This document shows, one piece after another, positions 51,584-62,013 of a stretch of DNA of 64,000 bases (positions are counted from its first letter, which is position 1; every line of letters starts with the position of its first letter). The position numbers and the translations under genes were made by a program. Origin of the DNA: Gammaproteobacteria bacterium (GTDB lineage: Bacteria; Pseudomonadota; Gammaproteobacteria; UBA4575); contig CBDEUS010000001.1 of the NCBI GenBank assembly GCA_965243395.1, positions 160,001 to 224,000 on the forward strand. Reading direction: 5' to 3'. A model generated the notes under the pieces. It was given only the letters and a program-made list of their open reading frames with translations, did no database searches and was not told the DNA's origin.

Positions 51584-53017
51584 ATGCAATGGGAAACAGT
51601 CATTGGTTTGGAAATACATGTGCAGCTTGCGACACAAAGTAAGATATTTTCGGGTGCTTCAACAGCCTATGGCGCAGAACCAAATACACAAGCTTGTGCG
51701 GTAGACTTAGGATTGCCGGGTGTATTACCTGTGTTGAATAAAGAGGCTGTGAAAATGGCAGCAATGTTTGGATTTGCAGTAGATGCAACCGTTGCTGAGC
51801 GTTCAGTCTTTGCTCGAAAAAATTATTTTTATCCAGACTCCCCAAAAGGCTATCAAATTAGTCAATTTGAATTACCCATTGTTGAACATGGCAAGCTGGA
51901 AATCGTATTAAGCGATGGAGAGCGTAAATCCATCGGCATTACTCGTGCACATTTGGAAGAAGATGCGGGTAAATCTTTGCATGAAGAGTTTCCTGACTCT
52001 ACTGGTATTGATTTAAATCGCTGCGGTACCCCATTGATTGAAATTGTCTCGGAACCCGATATGCGATCCGCCGAAGAAGCTGTTGCTTATATGAAAAAAA
52101 TTCATTCTATTGTTCGCTATTTAGGAATATCGGATGGCAATATGCAAGAGGGATCATTTCGTTGTGATGCAAATGTATCGATGCGTCCAAAAGGACAAAA
52201 AGAGTTTGGCACACGAACGGAAACGAAAAATCTAAATTCATTTCGGTTTGTTGAGCGTGCTATCAATCATGAAATTGAGCGCCAGATTGAAGTGTTAGAG
52301 GACGGTGGAGAAGTTGTGCAAGAAACACGACTATATGATGCGAATAAAGATGAAACACGATCCATGCGTAGTAAAGAAGAAGCAAATGATTATCGCTATT
52401 TTCCTGATCCTGACCTGTTGCCGGTAATTATTAATAGTGAAGAACTTGAGGTCATCAAGAAAGAACTTCCAGAACTTCCTGCAGCAAAAACTGCCCGTTT
52501 TAAACAAGATTATGGGCTCAATGATTACGATGCAGAAAATTTGGTTATGGATAAAGACACTGCGGAGTTTTTTGAGAATGTACTCAAAACAGGAAAAACT
52601 AAAGCAAAGTCTGCAGCGAACTGGATATTGGGCGAACTCAGTGCTGCTCTCAATCAACATGATATTGAGATAATGAATAGTCCTGTTTCAGCTAAAATGA
52701 TGTCTGAGTTATTAAGCCGGATTGAAGATAATACAATCTCAAATAAAATTGCCAAAGAAGTGTTTCAAGCCATGTGGGCGGGTGAAGGTAGCGCAGATGA
52801 AATTATCGAAGCTAAAGGCTTAAAGCAAATAACGGATAGTAGTGCTATTGAGGCGCTAGTTGAGCAGGTGATTGCAGATAACCCGGGGCAGGTTGAGCAA
52901 TATAAATCGGGTAAAGATAAAGTATTTGGTTTCTTTGTAGGACAAGTCATGAAGCTATCTAAAGGAAAAGCCAATCCGCAGCAAGTAAATGAACTGTTAA
53001 AAGCAAAATTGAAGTAG
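51584..53017 (+). CDS. gatB: Asp/Glu-tRNA amidotransferase subunit B
   Basis: [36 protein letters not shown] motifs. Confidence 0.96.
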   Translation: MQWETVIGLEIHVQLATQSKIFSGASTAYGAEPNTQACAVDLGLPGVLPVLNKEAVKMAAMFGFAVDATVAERSVFARKNYFYPDSPKGYQISQFELPIVEHGKLEIVLSDGERKSIGITRAHLEEDAGKSLHEEFPDSTGIDLNRCGTPLIEIVSEPDMRSAEEAVAYMKKIHSIVRYLGISDGNMQEGSFRCDANVSMRPKGQKEFGTRTETKNLNSFRFVERAINHEIERQIEVLEDGGEVVQETRLYDANKDETRSMRSKEEANDYRYFPDPDLLPVIINSEELEVIKKELPELPAAKTARFKQDYGLNDYDAENLVMDKDTAEFFENVLKTGKTKAKSAANWILGELSAALNQHDIEIMNSPVSAKMMSELLSRIEDNTISNKIAKEVFQAMWAGEGSADEIIEAKGLKQITDSSAIEALVEQVIADNPGQVEQYKSGKDKVFGFFVGQVMKLSKGKANPQQVNELLKAKLK

Positions 53018-53075
53018 TCGTTAGCTATCCTGTTGTGAATTATAATTATCGTAAGGGGGTTTTTGAGACTAAAAA

Positions 53076-53504
53076 ATGAAAGCTTGTCGCCTTATATATA
53101 GAAGTATAGCTGCACCAGAAATATTAAATGATGATTCGCTAGCAGCACTTGCGAATCGAGCCTCAAACAACAATAGAAGGTTTAATGTTTGTGGGATTTT
53201 GGTTTTGTCTAATGGGCGGTTTCTTCAGGTGATAGAGGGGCAGTCCAAGTTTATTAATCGTTTGTATGCAAACATCATTCAAGATGAGCGGCATCATGAT
53301 GTTGAACTAATAAGTTATGAAGAAGTTCCGAAGGCTGAATTTATTGATTGGAATATGAAATTATTCAGTCTGGATGATATTGACGAGCAAGTGCGTGAAT
53401 TATTAACCAATAAATACCCAGTTGTTGACAATAAAATTCAGTTTATTGATGATGCAGTCTTAATGACTTCGTTGTTGCTGGATATAAAGCATCTGCAAAA
53501 GTAA
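53076..53504 (+). CDS. Stand-alone BLUF domain blue-light sensor
   Basis: LIYRS (Tyr), NN, G.L, FLQVIEG (Gln), DERH, W.M motifs of BLUF; short C-terminal helical cap. Confidence 0.88.
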   Translation: MKACRLIYRSIAAPEILNDDSLAALANRASNNNRRFNVCGILVLSNGRFLQVIEGQSKFINRLYANIIQDERHHDVELISYEEVPKAEFIDWNMKLFSLDDIDEQVRELLTNKYPVVDNKIQFIDDAVLMTSLLLDIKHLQK

Positions 53505-53556
53505 TTCTGTGTTTTTAGTAATTAACCTCGAATGATATATGAGTCTATAGGGTAAG

Positions 53557-53832
53557 CTAGCGATCAAATAACCGTGATTTAAGATCGTAACAAAAGTTTC
53601 TTGGGAAGCTTACTTTTCCTTCCAGTATATAATTTTTTTCTATTTCAGTACTGATTCTATATACATAGATAATTGCTTTGGGTTGTAAGCGCCCATTTTT
53701 ATAACCTTGCACACGCTCAGTTGAGATTTCAAAGTCCGCGAGTTCATAGCCGTTATCTTCAATACAGCTAATTACAGAATGCAGATAATTTTTTGTAATT
53801 AACGTTCTATCGTGTGTTGCAGTTTCAGTCAT
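53557..53832 (-). CDS. Hypothetical protein
   Basis: Non-overlapping ORF, ATG 53832; no recognisable motif. Confidence 0.4.
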   Translation of the reverse strand: MTETATHDRTLITKNYLHSVISCIEDNGYELADFEISTERVQGYKNGRLQPKAIIYVYRISTEIEKNYILEGKVSFPRNFCYDLKSRLFDR

Positions 53833-53855
53833 TGTTGTTTTTATATATATAAATA

Positions 53856-53893
53856 TAAAAACCAAACACTTGTTAATCACAAATGTTTGGTTT
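53856..53893 (-). terminator. Intrinsic terminator of hemA-prfA-prmC
   Basis: Minus strand AAACCAAACATTTGT-gatta-ACAAGTGTTTGGTTT followed by a U-rich tail. Confidence 0.6.
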
Positions 53894-53982
53894 CTAAAAA
53901 AGAATTAAAGCAAAACTTTAAAATTAATTCTTAATATTAGTTAACAGAATTTAATTGAAATTGTAGATAATTGCGCTGGGTA

Positions 53983-54813
53983 TCATAGATTTCCCTGCAT
54001 GCAACGAGGATTACCAGCTAAATCATAATGATTTACGATGCTGTCAAAATTTGCTTTTGCAAATAATTTATAAACTGATTCTGCTTGTTGAAAGCCGTGC
54101 TCAATGAGCAAGGTTCCTGAAGATTTTAAATATTTTGGAGCATTTTCAATAATCTCAGCCAAGTCCTCTAATCCATTTTTTTGGCTTATCACAGCATTTT
54201 TAGGCTCAAACAAGGTCACGTGATTATTCAAATTTGGATCCTGCTCAGCGACATAAGGAGGGTTTGAAACGATTACATCAAATTTTTGACCAGTTAATTT
54301 CGAATACCAGTCACTGTGTACGAAACGAATATCAGCATTGTGTTCTGAGGCGTTTAAACTGGCTATTTCTAATGCTTCAGAAGAAATATCCGTCGCCGTG
54401 ATTTGGCAATCCTTTCGACTATGCGCAAGAGCAATAGCTATAGCACCTGAACCAGTGCCTAATTCTAAAATATGTGGGGATTCAATATTTGCTATTTTAT
54501 TTAATGTAAGTTCAACAAGTAACTCAGTTTCAGGACGAGGGATGAGTACGTGCTGATTGACTGATAAATTTAAAGACCAGAATTCTTTTGTACCCGTAAT
54601 ATAAGCCAGCGGCTCACCCTGTGCCCGCCGTAGTAAAGTGCTATCGAAAGTCTCGCTTTGCGTTTTGGTGAGTTCTTTTTCTGGATGCGCGATTAAGGCT
54701 GTGAGTTCAGTATCACAACAGTGGCAAACGAGAAGCTGTGCGTCTAATTGTGCACTATCGCTGACTGTTAATAGTTTGGCGGTAGCTTGTTCTACCGCTT
54801 GTTGAAACGTCAT
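53983..54813 (-). CDS. prmC: Release factor glutamine methyltransferase
   Basis: GEPLAYITG, VLIPRPETE, LELGTGSGAIA, VSNPPY; start ATG 54813 after the prfA stop. Confidence 0.95.
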   Translation of the reverse strand: MTFQQAVEQATAKLLTVSDSAQLDAQLLVCHCCDTELTALIAHPEKELTKTQSETFDSTLLRRAQGEPLAYITGTKEFWSLNLSVNQHVLIPRPETELLVELTLNKIANIESPHILELGTGSGAIAIALAHSRKDCQITATDISSEALEIASLNASEHNADIRFVHSDWYSKLTGQKFDVIVSNPPYVAEQDPNLNNHVTLFEPKNAVISQKNGLEDLAEIIENAPKYLKSSGTLLIEHGFQQAESVYKLFAKANFDSIVNHYDLAGNPRCMQGNL

Positions 54814-54814
54814 T

Positions 54815-55897
54815 TTAGTCAGACATGGATGCAAGTAAGTCTGCTTGGTGCTCATTACGCAATGGCTGCACAATTTGATCTACATTGCCTTGCATCATTT
54901 CATCTAGTTTATAAAGTGTGAGGTTAATGCGGTGATCAGTCACACGTCCTTGTGGAAAGTTGTAAGTTCGGATACGTTCAGAACGATCGCCACTGCCTAC
55001 AAGATTACGACGCGTCGCAGCTTGCTCATCCATTTGCTTTTGTCGTTCTTGATCTAACATACGTGCACTAAGTAAAGACATTGCACGTGCTTTATTTTTA
55101 TGTTGAGAGCGTTCGTCTTGGCATTCCACCACAATGCCAGTAGGAATATGAGTTATACGAATAGCGGAGTCGGTTTTGTTTACATGTTGTCCTCCCGCTC
55201 CAGAAGCGCGAAACGTGTCAATACGTAAATCAGAATTATCAATTTCCACTTCATCAATTTCATCTACTTCAGGCATGATCGCAACTGTTGCTGCAGAAGT
55301 GTGCACTCGACCCTGAGACTCTGTTTCAGGAACACGTTGGACACGATGCGCGCCTGATTCAAACTTCAAACTTGAGAATACTTCTTTACCATTAATTTTG
55401 GCGATAATTTCTTTATAGCCGCCATGATCACCTTCATTTTGGTTGATGATTTCCACTTTCCAGCCTTTGTTTTCAGCATAGCGAGAATACATACGAAATA
55501 AATCACCGGCAAAAATCGCAGCTTCATCTCCGCCAGTACCAGCACGTATTTCTAAAAAGACATTACTTTCATCATGTGGATCTTTGGGGAGAAGTAATGT
55601 TTGTAGTTCTGCTTCGAGTTGTTCTAATCTTTCTTCAGCACTTTTGATTTCTTCTTGTGCCATGGCTTTCATCTCTTTATCAGAGTCATTGGCCATTTCT
55701 TTTGCTGTTTCTAAGTCATCTAAAGCTTGTAGATGTTCATTAAACTTAGCAACGATGGGTTCTAGTTGTGCATATTCTTTAGAAAGCTTGGTAAATTCTT
55801 GCTGGTTATTAATTACATCTGCATCAGACAGTTCAGCAGCAATTTCTTCGTGCCGTTCTTTAAGGTTTTCTAGTTTTTTTATGATGGAATCTTTCAT
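54815..55897 (-). CDS. prfA: Peptide chain release factor 1
   Basis: VPETES (PxT), GAGGQHVN, hemA-prfA-prmC synteny. Confidence 0.97.
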   Translation of the reverse strand: MKDSIIKKLENLKERHEEIAAELSDADVINNQQEFTKLSKEYAQLEPIVAKFNEHLQALDDLETAKEMANDSDKEMKAMAQEEIKSAEERLEQLEAELQTLLLPKDPHDESNVFLEIRAGTGGDEAAIFAGDLFRMYSRYAENKGWKVEIINQNEGDHGGYKEIIAKINGKEVFSSLKFESGAHRVQRVPETESQGRVHTSAATVAIMPEVDEIDEVEIDNSDLRIDTFRASGAGGQHVNKTDSAIRITHIPTGIVVECQDERSQHKNKARAMSLLSARMLDQERQKQMDEQAATRRNLVGSGDRSERIRTYNFPQGRVTDHRINLTLYKLDEMMQGNVDQIVQPLRNEHQADLLASMSD

Positions 55898-56037
55898 TAG
55901 CGTTTTAAAAGTTAAAAAATAATAAAATGCCCCGGTAAATTAGAGCATGGAGATATCAAGCTAGTTTAAATAGCTAATGAAAATGCAGGATACAGATGAC
56001 TAAAGTAGTCACTCTTTGAAATTTATTTGAAGGTTGT

Positions 56038-57303
56038 TTATTCATTGGGTGGGATATTTAATAAAATTCTTGCTGCATCTATCAACTCATTTTTACCTTC
56101 TTTTCCTGCAATGTGCAATGCTTCAGTTGGTTCGTGGGTAAGTTTATTGGTGAGAGTGTGGGCAAGAAACTGCAATACCTCCTCAACGGGTTTGCCTTGT
56201 TCCAGCATTTTTTGCGCTTTCTCGAGTACAATATCACGTTGAAATTCTGCTTTAGTGCGGAAAGCACGTACCGTATCAACCACACCTTGGCCACGTAACC
56301 AAAGAGCAAATTCTTCTACTTCATGGTCAATGATGCTTTCTGCTTCGTCGGCGGCTTCTTTACGTGACTTTAAGTTGTGTTCAATAACATTTTGCAAGTC
56401 ATCAATTGTATAAAGATAAACATCAGATAATTTAGCCACTTCGGGTTCTATATCTCTTGGTACTGCAAGGTCAACCATGAATATAGGTTTATGTTTACGT
56501 TGTTTTAATGCGCTTTCCACTAAACCTTTGCCTAATATTGGCAATGTGCTTGCAGTAGCCGTTATCACAATCTCAGATTTTGGTAATGCTTCACCTACAT
56601 AACTTAAACTTACTCCATGCCCGCCAACTTTGTCCGCAATCATTTGTGCACGCTCGACGCTGCGGTTTGCAACTACAATTTTTTCTATACCAGCCCCTTT
56701 TAAATGTTCTGCAGCTAGTTCAATGGTTTCGCCTGCACCTAAGAGCAATGCAGAATGGTTACTAAAATCTCCAAATATTTTTTTTGACAAAGATACTGCT
56801 GCAGATGCAACAGATACGGGGTTGGTACCAATTGCAGTGTTTGTGCGTACTTTTTTTGCAACACTAAAAGCACGTTGAAAGAGTTGATTTAAATTTCTCC
56901 CTAATGTGTCTGCCTGTACCGCATCTTGATAGGCAGATTTTAATTGCCCGAGAATTTGCGGCTCTCCTAATACCATGGAGTCGAGACCACAAGCGACCCG
57001 AAAAATATGACGCACTACGGAGTTGTCTAAATGGTCGTAAATATATGGCTGTGTGTCGTCAGAACTTAAATTGTGAAAATTATTTAGCCAACTAAGAATT
57101 TCTTCTTTACCTTCGTCTATATGATTGACTTCGCAGTAGAGTTCGGTGCGATTACAGGTAGATATAATGGCCGCTTCGTCTACTTGGGGAACTGTGATCA
57201 ATTTCTTGAGGGCATGTCCCAAATTTTGCTCGTTAATTGCCACCCGTTCCCGCACCTCGACCGGGGCAGTTGTGTGGTTGATTCCAAGTGTGAGTAAAGA
57301 CAT
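56038..57303 (-). CDS. hemA: Glutamyl-tRNA reductase
   Basis: GINHTTAPV, STCNRTE, GLDSMVLGEPQILGQ, GAGET, DLAVPRD motifs. Confidence 0.97.
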   Translation of the reverse strand: MSLLTLGINHTTAPVEVRERVAINEQNLGHALKKLITVPQVDEAAIISTCNRTELYCEVNHIDEGKEEILSWLNNFHNLSSDDTQPYIYDHLDNSVVRHIFRVACGLDSMVLGEPQILGQLKSAYQDAVQADTLGRNLNQLFQRAFSVAKKVRTNTAIGTNPVSVASAAVSLSKKIFGDFSNHSALLLGAGETIELAAEHLKGAGIEKIVVANRSVERAQMIADKVGGHGVSLSYVGEALPKSEIVITATASTLPILGKGLVESALKQRKHKPIFMVDLAVPRDIEPEVAKLSDVYLYTIDDLQNVIEHNLKSRKEAADEAESIIDHEVEEFALWLRGQGVVDTVRAFRTKAEFQRDIVLEKAQKMLEQGKPVEEVLQFLAHTLTNKLTHEPTEALHIAGKEGKNELIDAARILLNIPPNE

Positions 57304-57470
57304 GAAAGTATGTGAAAATCTGTATCGTACAGTCGTAAATTTGCCTATATCTAAGCGAGATAATTTTTGCCTAAGTACCCGTAAATTCTGTCAAAATGCG
57401 TATCAATTGCTCAGATAACTACCGTAAAATTAGGTATAGTTTAATTGAGCTAGTAACACAACACAGTATA

Positions 57471-59222
57471 TTGAAGATCAACGCCACAATTCCACGGATT
57501 CCCTACCTGACGAAGCTTGTTTTAGCAGCTATTTTGCCGGTTTTCTTGCTGACCAGCTGTGCCAGCATCTTGAGTGAGCCTGGCTCGGAGCCTGATCAGG
57601 CTATACAGATTCGTAAGCCTCAAACTGAGAAATATGATGCTCAGTCCAACCTAATGTATGAGGTATTGGTTGGTGAGCTATCGGGTCAGTTTGGGCAAGT
57701 TGAGCAGGCTTTAGAACATTATGTGAATGCTTCGCAACTCTCGGATGATCCTGCGGTAGCAGAGCGTGCCACACGTATTGCTATGTTTGCCAAAAACTGG
57801 ACGGCTGGCTTAAAGGCGGCTGCGCGTTGGGAAGAGCTGGTAGGCGAAAATTTAGAAATCAGCCAAATTCTTGGAGTGATGGAACTCCGTAATCAAAATG
57901 TTGAAGGTGCAGTACCCCATTTTGAAAAAATTATGAAAGCTGCAGACGATTCTCCAGCAAAAGGATTCAGCATTATTGGTGCAGTGCTTGCACGCGAGCC
58001 AGATTTTGAATCATCTCTTAAATTGCTTGAAATATTAGTTAATAAACATTTTGAGAATCCATACGGTCACTTAACGATGGCAAGCTTGGCATTTCAGGCC
58101 CAAGATTTTCAACGCACAATTGATGAAAGTGAAATTGCGCTTGGTTTTAAACCTGATTTGATTGAAGCACGTGCAATGCGTGCGCAAGCTTTAATGAATT
58201 TAAATGATACTGACAAAGCTCTGTCAGAAATGAAAATCATTGTTGAGGAACAGCCTGGCAATCGCGAAATGCGTATGGCGTATTCACGCATGTTGATTAA
58301 TGCTGAGCGATATGAAGAAGCAATTGATGAGTTTGAACTATTGTTATTAGAAAATCCAAATGATGGAGAGCTTATATATCGTTTAGGGTTGTTGTATTTG
58401 CAAAAAGAAGAATATGAAAACGCAAAAGGTAAATTTCAACGTTTAGTTGATCGTAAACAACGTGTTGATGAAGCGCATTACTACATTGGTCGTGCTAATG
58501 AAGAGCAAAAAAAATATGTCGATGCGATAACAGAATATGAAAAAGTTCCACAAGGTCAATATTACATCGATGCAAAAGCACGAATTGCCTCGGTTTATGC
58601 CGAACGTGACAATATTGAAAAAGCACAGAGCTACCTGAAAGATTTACGCCGTTCATTAAGTGCACCAGAAGCCATTATTGAAGTGTACTTAATTGAAGGT
58701 CAATTGCTTCATGATAAAGAGTTATACGTTGCAGCGATGGATCTTTACAGTGAAGGACTGCAAGAGTTCCCAGGCCATAGCGATTTACTTTATGCGCGAG
58801 CATTAATGGCAGAAGAAATAGACCGCATTGATTTGCTGGAGCAGGATTTAAGAACAATCCTTTCCGAAGATCCTGAAAATGCATCTGCCTTGAATGCTTT
58901 GGGTTATACCTTGGCAGATCATAATTTCAGAATAAATGAAGCACTTGGTTATATAAAGCGGGCACTTGAACTCAGACCAGATGATCCAGCAGTGATAGAT
59001 AGCATGGGTTGGGTACAGTTCAGGCTCGGAAATTTTGCAGAAGCGGAAACTTATTTACGAAAAGCATTTGCTTTGCTAGAAGATACTGAAATAGCGGGTC
59101 ATTTGGTTGAATTGCTATGGGCGCAAGGTAACTATGATGAAGCTAAAGAAGTCTTGAATGATATGCTTGAGCGCTATCCGGAAGACGAATACATATTAGA
59201 GTTACAGCAAAGACTTCAGTAA
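57471..59222 (+). CDS. TPR-repeat lipoprotein
   Basis: Lipobox LTS-C, multiple TPRs, ALNALGYTLAD, DSMGWV; divergent from hemA and upstream of lolB; start uncertain. Confidence 0.85.
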   Translation: MKINATIPRIPYLTKLVLAAILPVFLLTSCASILSEPGSEPDQAIQIRKPQTEKYDAQSNLMYEVLVGELSGQFGQVEQALEHYVNASQLSDDPAVAERATRIAMFAKNWTAGLKAAARWEELVGENLEISQILGVMELRNQNVEGAVPHFEKIMKAADDSPAKGFSIIGAVLAREPDFESSLKLLEILVNKHFENPYGHLTMASLAFQAQDFQRTIDESEIALGFKPDLIEARAMRAQALMNLNDTDKALSEMKIIVEEQPGNREMRMAYSRMLINAERYEEAIDEFELLLLENPNDGELIYRLGLLYLQKEEYENAKGKFQRLVDRKQRVDEAHYYIGRANEEQKKYVDAITEYEKVPQGQYYIDAKARIASVYAERDNIEKAQSYLKDLRRSLSAPEAIIEVYLIEGQLLHDKELYVAAMDLYSEGLQEFPGHSDLLYARALMAEEIDRIDLLEQDLRTILSEDPENASALNALGYTLADHNFRINEALGYIKRALELRPDDPAVIDSMGWVQFRLGNFAEAETYLRKAFALLEDTEIAGHLVELLWAQGNYDEAKEVLNDMLERYPEDEYILELQQRLQ

Positions 59223-59857
59223 TGAAGTGTTTATCACTTTTCCAGCATGCGTTCTGCAGACTGGGGTTCTCAATTATAATTTTGTTTATGTTTTCTGCAT
59301 GTGTCACTGTTGAAAAGCATACTATGCCTGTCGATTCTGAAATTAATCAGCAGGCATTGTGGGAAACTCATAAAGCAACTATGCAAACATTGGATAATTG
59401 GAATCTCAAAGGCCGTGTTGCAGGTAAATCAAATAATGAAGGCTTTCGCGCTGGAGTGCATTGGCAACAATTGCAACATGATTTTGTCATTGATTTGCAT
59501 GGCCCATTGGGGCGTAAAGTCGCTGTAATAACTGGTAAACCAGGCAATGTACAGTTAAATACTTCCAAAGGTGAGAGTTATGAAGCGGATGACCCAGAAA
59601 CGTTGCTGCAAGAATTGCTTGGTTATTCGCTTCCTGTAAATGGTTTGCGATATTGGTTATTAGGTGTTCCTGATCCAAAACAGGCTAACTCATTCGAATT
59701 AGATGAAAAAGGCCGATTAATACAACTTAATCAGACGGGATGGTTAATCAATTACAAACGCTATCATGAAGATACACCTGCACTACCGGCATTGATTCAG
59801 ATTTCAAATTTAAATTTGAATGCAAATATAAAAATCGATCATTGGCAGCTCAATTAA
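59222..59857 (+). CDS. lolB: Outer membrane lipoprotein insertion protein LolB
   Basis: Lipobox FSA-C, W.LKGRV, GPLG, LPV..LRYWLLG.P; synteny. Confidence 0.92.
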   Translation: MKCLSLFQHAFCRLGFSIIILFMFSACVTVEKHTMPVDSEINQQALWETHKATMQTLDNWNLKGRVAGKSNNEGFRAGVHWQQLQHDFVIDLHGPLGRKVAVITGKPGNVQLNTSKGESYEADDPETLLQELLGYSLPVNGLRYWLLGVPDPKQANSFELDEKGRLIQLNQTGWLINYKRYHEDTPALPALIQISNLNLNANIKIDHWQLN

Positions 59858-59890
59858 CTTAACGCAAAATTTTAATTCGTTGAAGTAGTA

Positions 59891-60757
59891 ATGCAGAATT
59901 GGCTTGCACCTGCAAAGATAAATCTTTTTTTACATATCGTTGGTCAGCGAGATGACGGCTACCATTTACTTCAAACAGTTATCCAGTTTGTTGATCTTTG
60001 CGATCAACTTGAGTTCAGTTTACGTTCTGATTCCAAAATAAACTGTAAAAATTCAATTAATTCCATTTCTCCACGAGATGATTTGTGTGTACAGGCTGCA
60101 AAACTATTACAAAGTCAAATCTCTGACAATCAAGGTGTCGATATCAATGTGAAAAAAGTGATTCCGCTCGGTGCTGGTATGGGGGGTGGCAGTTCAGATG
60201 CGGCCACTACATTACTGGCTTTAAATGAGTTATGGGATTGTCAAATGAGCTTGGCACAGCTTGAGGATTTGGGTAAGCAATTGGGGGCAGACGTACCGGT
60301 ATTTATTAGGGGTCATTCCTGTTGGGTGGAAGGAATCGGTGAACAGTTAACGCCCATCGAGCTGTCAGAAAATTGGTATGTCATCGTATATCCAAATGTA
60401 CATTTAGATACAAGTGAGATGTTTGCAGATAAGGAATTGACACGCAATTGCGCTCCGCTCAAAATACGCGACTTCTCAATGGTGAGTGATGCAGAACAGG
60501 CTGATTTTGGCAACACAGAAAATGTATTTGAAAATATTGCGCGTCGTTATCCTGCAATAGACAGTGCGTTTCGATGGCTTGATCAGTATGCATCTGCGAG
60601 ACTAACAGGTTCGGGAAGTGCATTATTCGCGAGCTGCCAAACTAAACAACAAGCAGAAACTATTGCTGCAAAATGTGCAACCGAATTTACAGTTTATGTA
60701 GCGAAAGGAATAAATGAGTCACCAGTTATTTCGTTAAGCGAGTATAATTACGCATAA
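59891..60757 (+). CDS. ispE: 4-diphosphocytidyl-2-C-methyl-D-erythritol kinase
   Basis: APAKINLFL, PLGAGMGGGSSDAA, LGADVPVF, LTGSGS motifs. Confidence 0.96.
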   Translation: MQNWLAPAKINLFLHIVGQRDDGYHLLQTVIQFVDLCDQLEFSLRSDSKINCKNSINSISPRDDLCVQAAKLLQSQISDNQGVDINVKKVIPLGAGMGGGSSDAATTLLALNELWDCQMSLAQLEDLGKQLGADVPVFIRGHSCWVEGIGEQLTPIELSENWYVIVYPNVHLDTSEMFADKELTRNCAPLKIRDFSMVSDAEQADFGNTENVFENIARRYPAIDSAFRWLDQYASARLTGSGSALFASCQTKQQAETIAAKCATEFTVYVAKGINESPVISLSEYNYA

Positions 60758-60782
60758 CACTTACAGTAGGGGGACAAGTTAT

Positions 60783-60857
60783 TGGGCCGTCGCCAAGTGG
60801 TAAGGCACCGGGTTTTGATCCCGGCATTCGCAGGTTCGAATCCTGCCGGCCCAGCCA
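60783..60857 (+). tRNA. tRNA-Gln (anticodon TTG)
   Basis: TGGGCCG/CGGCCCA acceptor stem, CCGGG-ttTTGat-CCCGG anticodon arm, GGTTCGAATCC T-loop, encoded CCA. Confidence 0.97.
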
Positions 60858-61056
60858 GTTTTTAGATAAAAAACTTACCGCTTTCTTTCATACTTTAAAT
60901 TATAACTGCTTCTGACTGAAAGCGGACAAATTCGCAGTAGATTTAGATCCATAAATTATTAAATGAAAGATAAAGGCTCTAAAGAAAATACATGATTAGT
61001 AAAATTCAATAACTTCACCTTTTATTAAATAATAACTAAAAAGAATAAACGAAAAT

Positions 61057-61923
61057 ATGCAAGCAGATTTACTTACTAAAGTAATTCTTCCAGTCTCTCT
61101 TTTCTGCATAATGTTTGGGATTGGCATTTCTTTAAGGCCAATAGATTTTAAGAAGATTCTTACATCACCAAAAGTGGTAGCCATAGGTATTTGCGCCCAA
61201 ATGCTTTTACTGCCATTGATTGCTTTTGTTGTTGCTAAAGCTCTAAAGCTGCCGCCAGAAATTGCTGTAGGTCTAATTATTATTGCGTTAGCTCCAGGAG
61301 GAGCTACATCAAATATGTTCACTTATTTATCTAAGGGCGATGTGTCTTTATCCATCACCTTAACCGCAATTGTAAGTTTAATTGCGCCGTTCAGTATTCC
61401 TGTTCTTGTTGGTTTGAGTATGGTTTATTTTCTGGGTAGCAATACAACATTTAATTTGCCGATTATTGAAACGATTATTCAATTGTTAGTGATTACAGTT
61501 ATTCCCGTTGTATTAGGTATGTTCGTCTTGTCGCGCTGGGAGATTCTCGCAAAAAAAATTGAGCCTATTATCAAGTGGCTTTCAATCTTATTCTTGATAT
61601 TGATTATTGTTTTAATTGTATTAAAAAATTATGCAAACATGCCTAGTTATTTTTCACAAGCAGGTTTAGCAACATTATTACTTAATTTCACTGCTTTAAT
61701 TTTAGGGTACCTACTTGCTAAATTGGCAAAACTTTTACATTCTCAGGCCATAACAATTGGTTTTGAGGTTGGTATTCAGAATGGAACGTTGGCCCTGGTT
61801 GTTGCTGGAACATTAATTGGCAATGAAGTCATGATGATTCCAGCCGTTACGTATTCATTGATTATGTTTTTTAGTGGTGCTTTATTTGGCTGGTGGATGA
61901 ATAAGCGAGCACATTTTGAATAG
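61057..61923 (+). CDS. Bile acid:sodium symporter (BASS) family transporter
   Basis: MFGIG..L, QMLLLP, PGGATSN, EVGIQNG motifs. Confidence 0.9.
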   Translation: MQADLLTKVILPVSLFCIMFGIGISLRPIDFKKILTSPKVVAIGICAQMLLLPLIAFVVAKALKLPPEIAVGLIIIALAPGGATSNMFTYLSKGDVSLSITLTAIVSLIAPFSIPVLVGLSMVYFLGSNTTFNLPIIETIIQLLVITVIPVVLGMFVLSRWEILAKKIEPIIKWLSILFLILIIVLIVLKNYANMPSYFSQAGLATLLLNFTALILGYLLAKLAKLLHSQAITIGFEVGIQNGTLALVVAGTLIGNEVMMIPAVTYSLIMFFSGALFGWWMNKRAHFE

Positions 61924-62013
61924 AGCAATACGAGTGTTTTTGATCCTGGCTGGTATAACAAACCCTGCCTGTCCAGCCAAGATATAGTCTATGTAATAGA
62001 AAGTTGGCGGTAC

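Noticed and set aside
49807-60857. gatCAB plus U1-A72 tRNA-Gln as evidence for indirect Gln-tRNA synthesis
   Set aside because: U1-A72 is general in bacterial tRNA-Gln and GatCAB may serve Asn only; this cannot be decided without knowing whether glnS and asnS are present.
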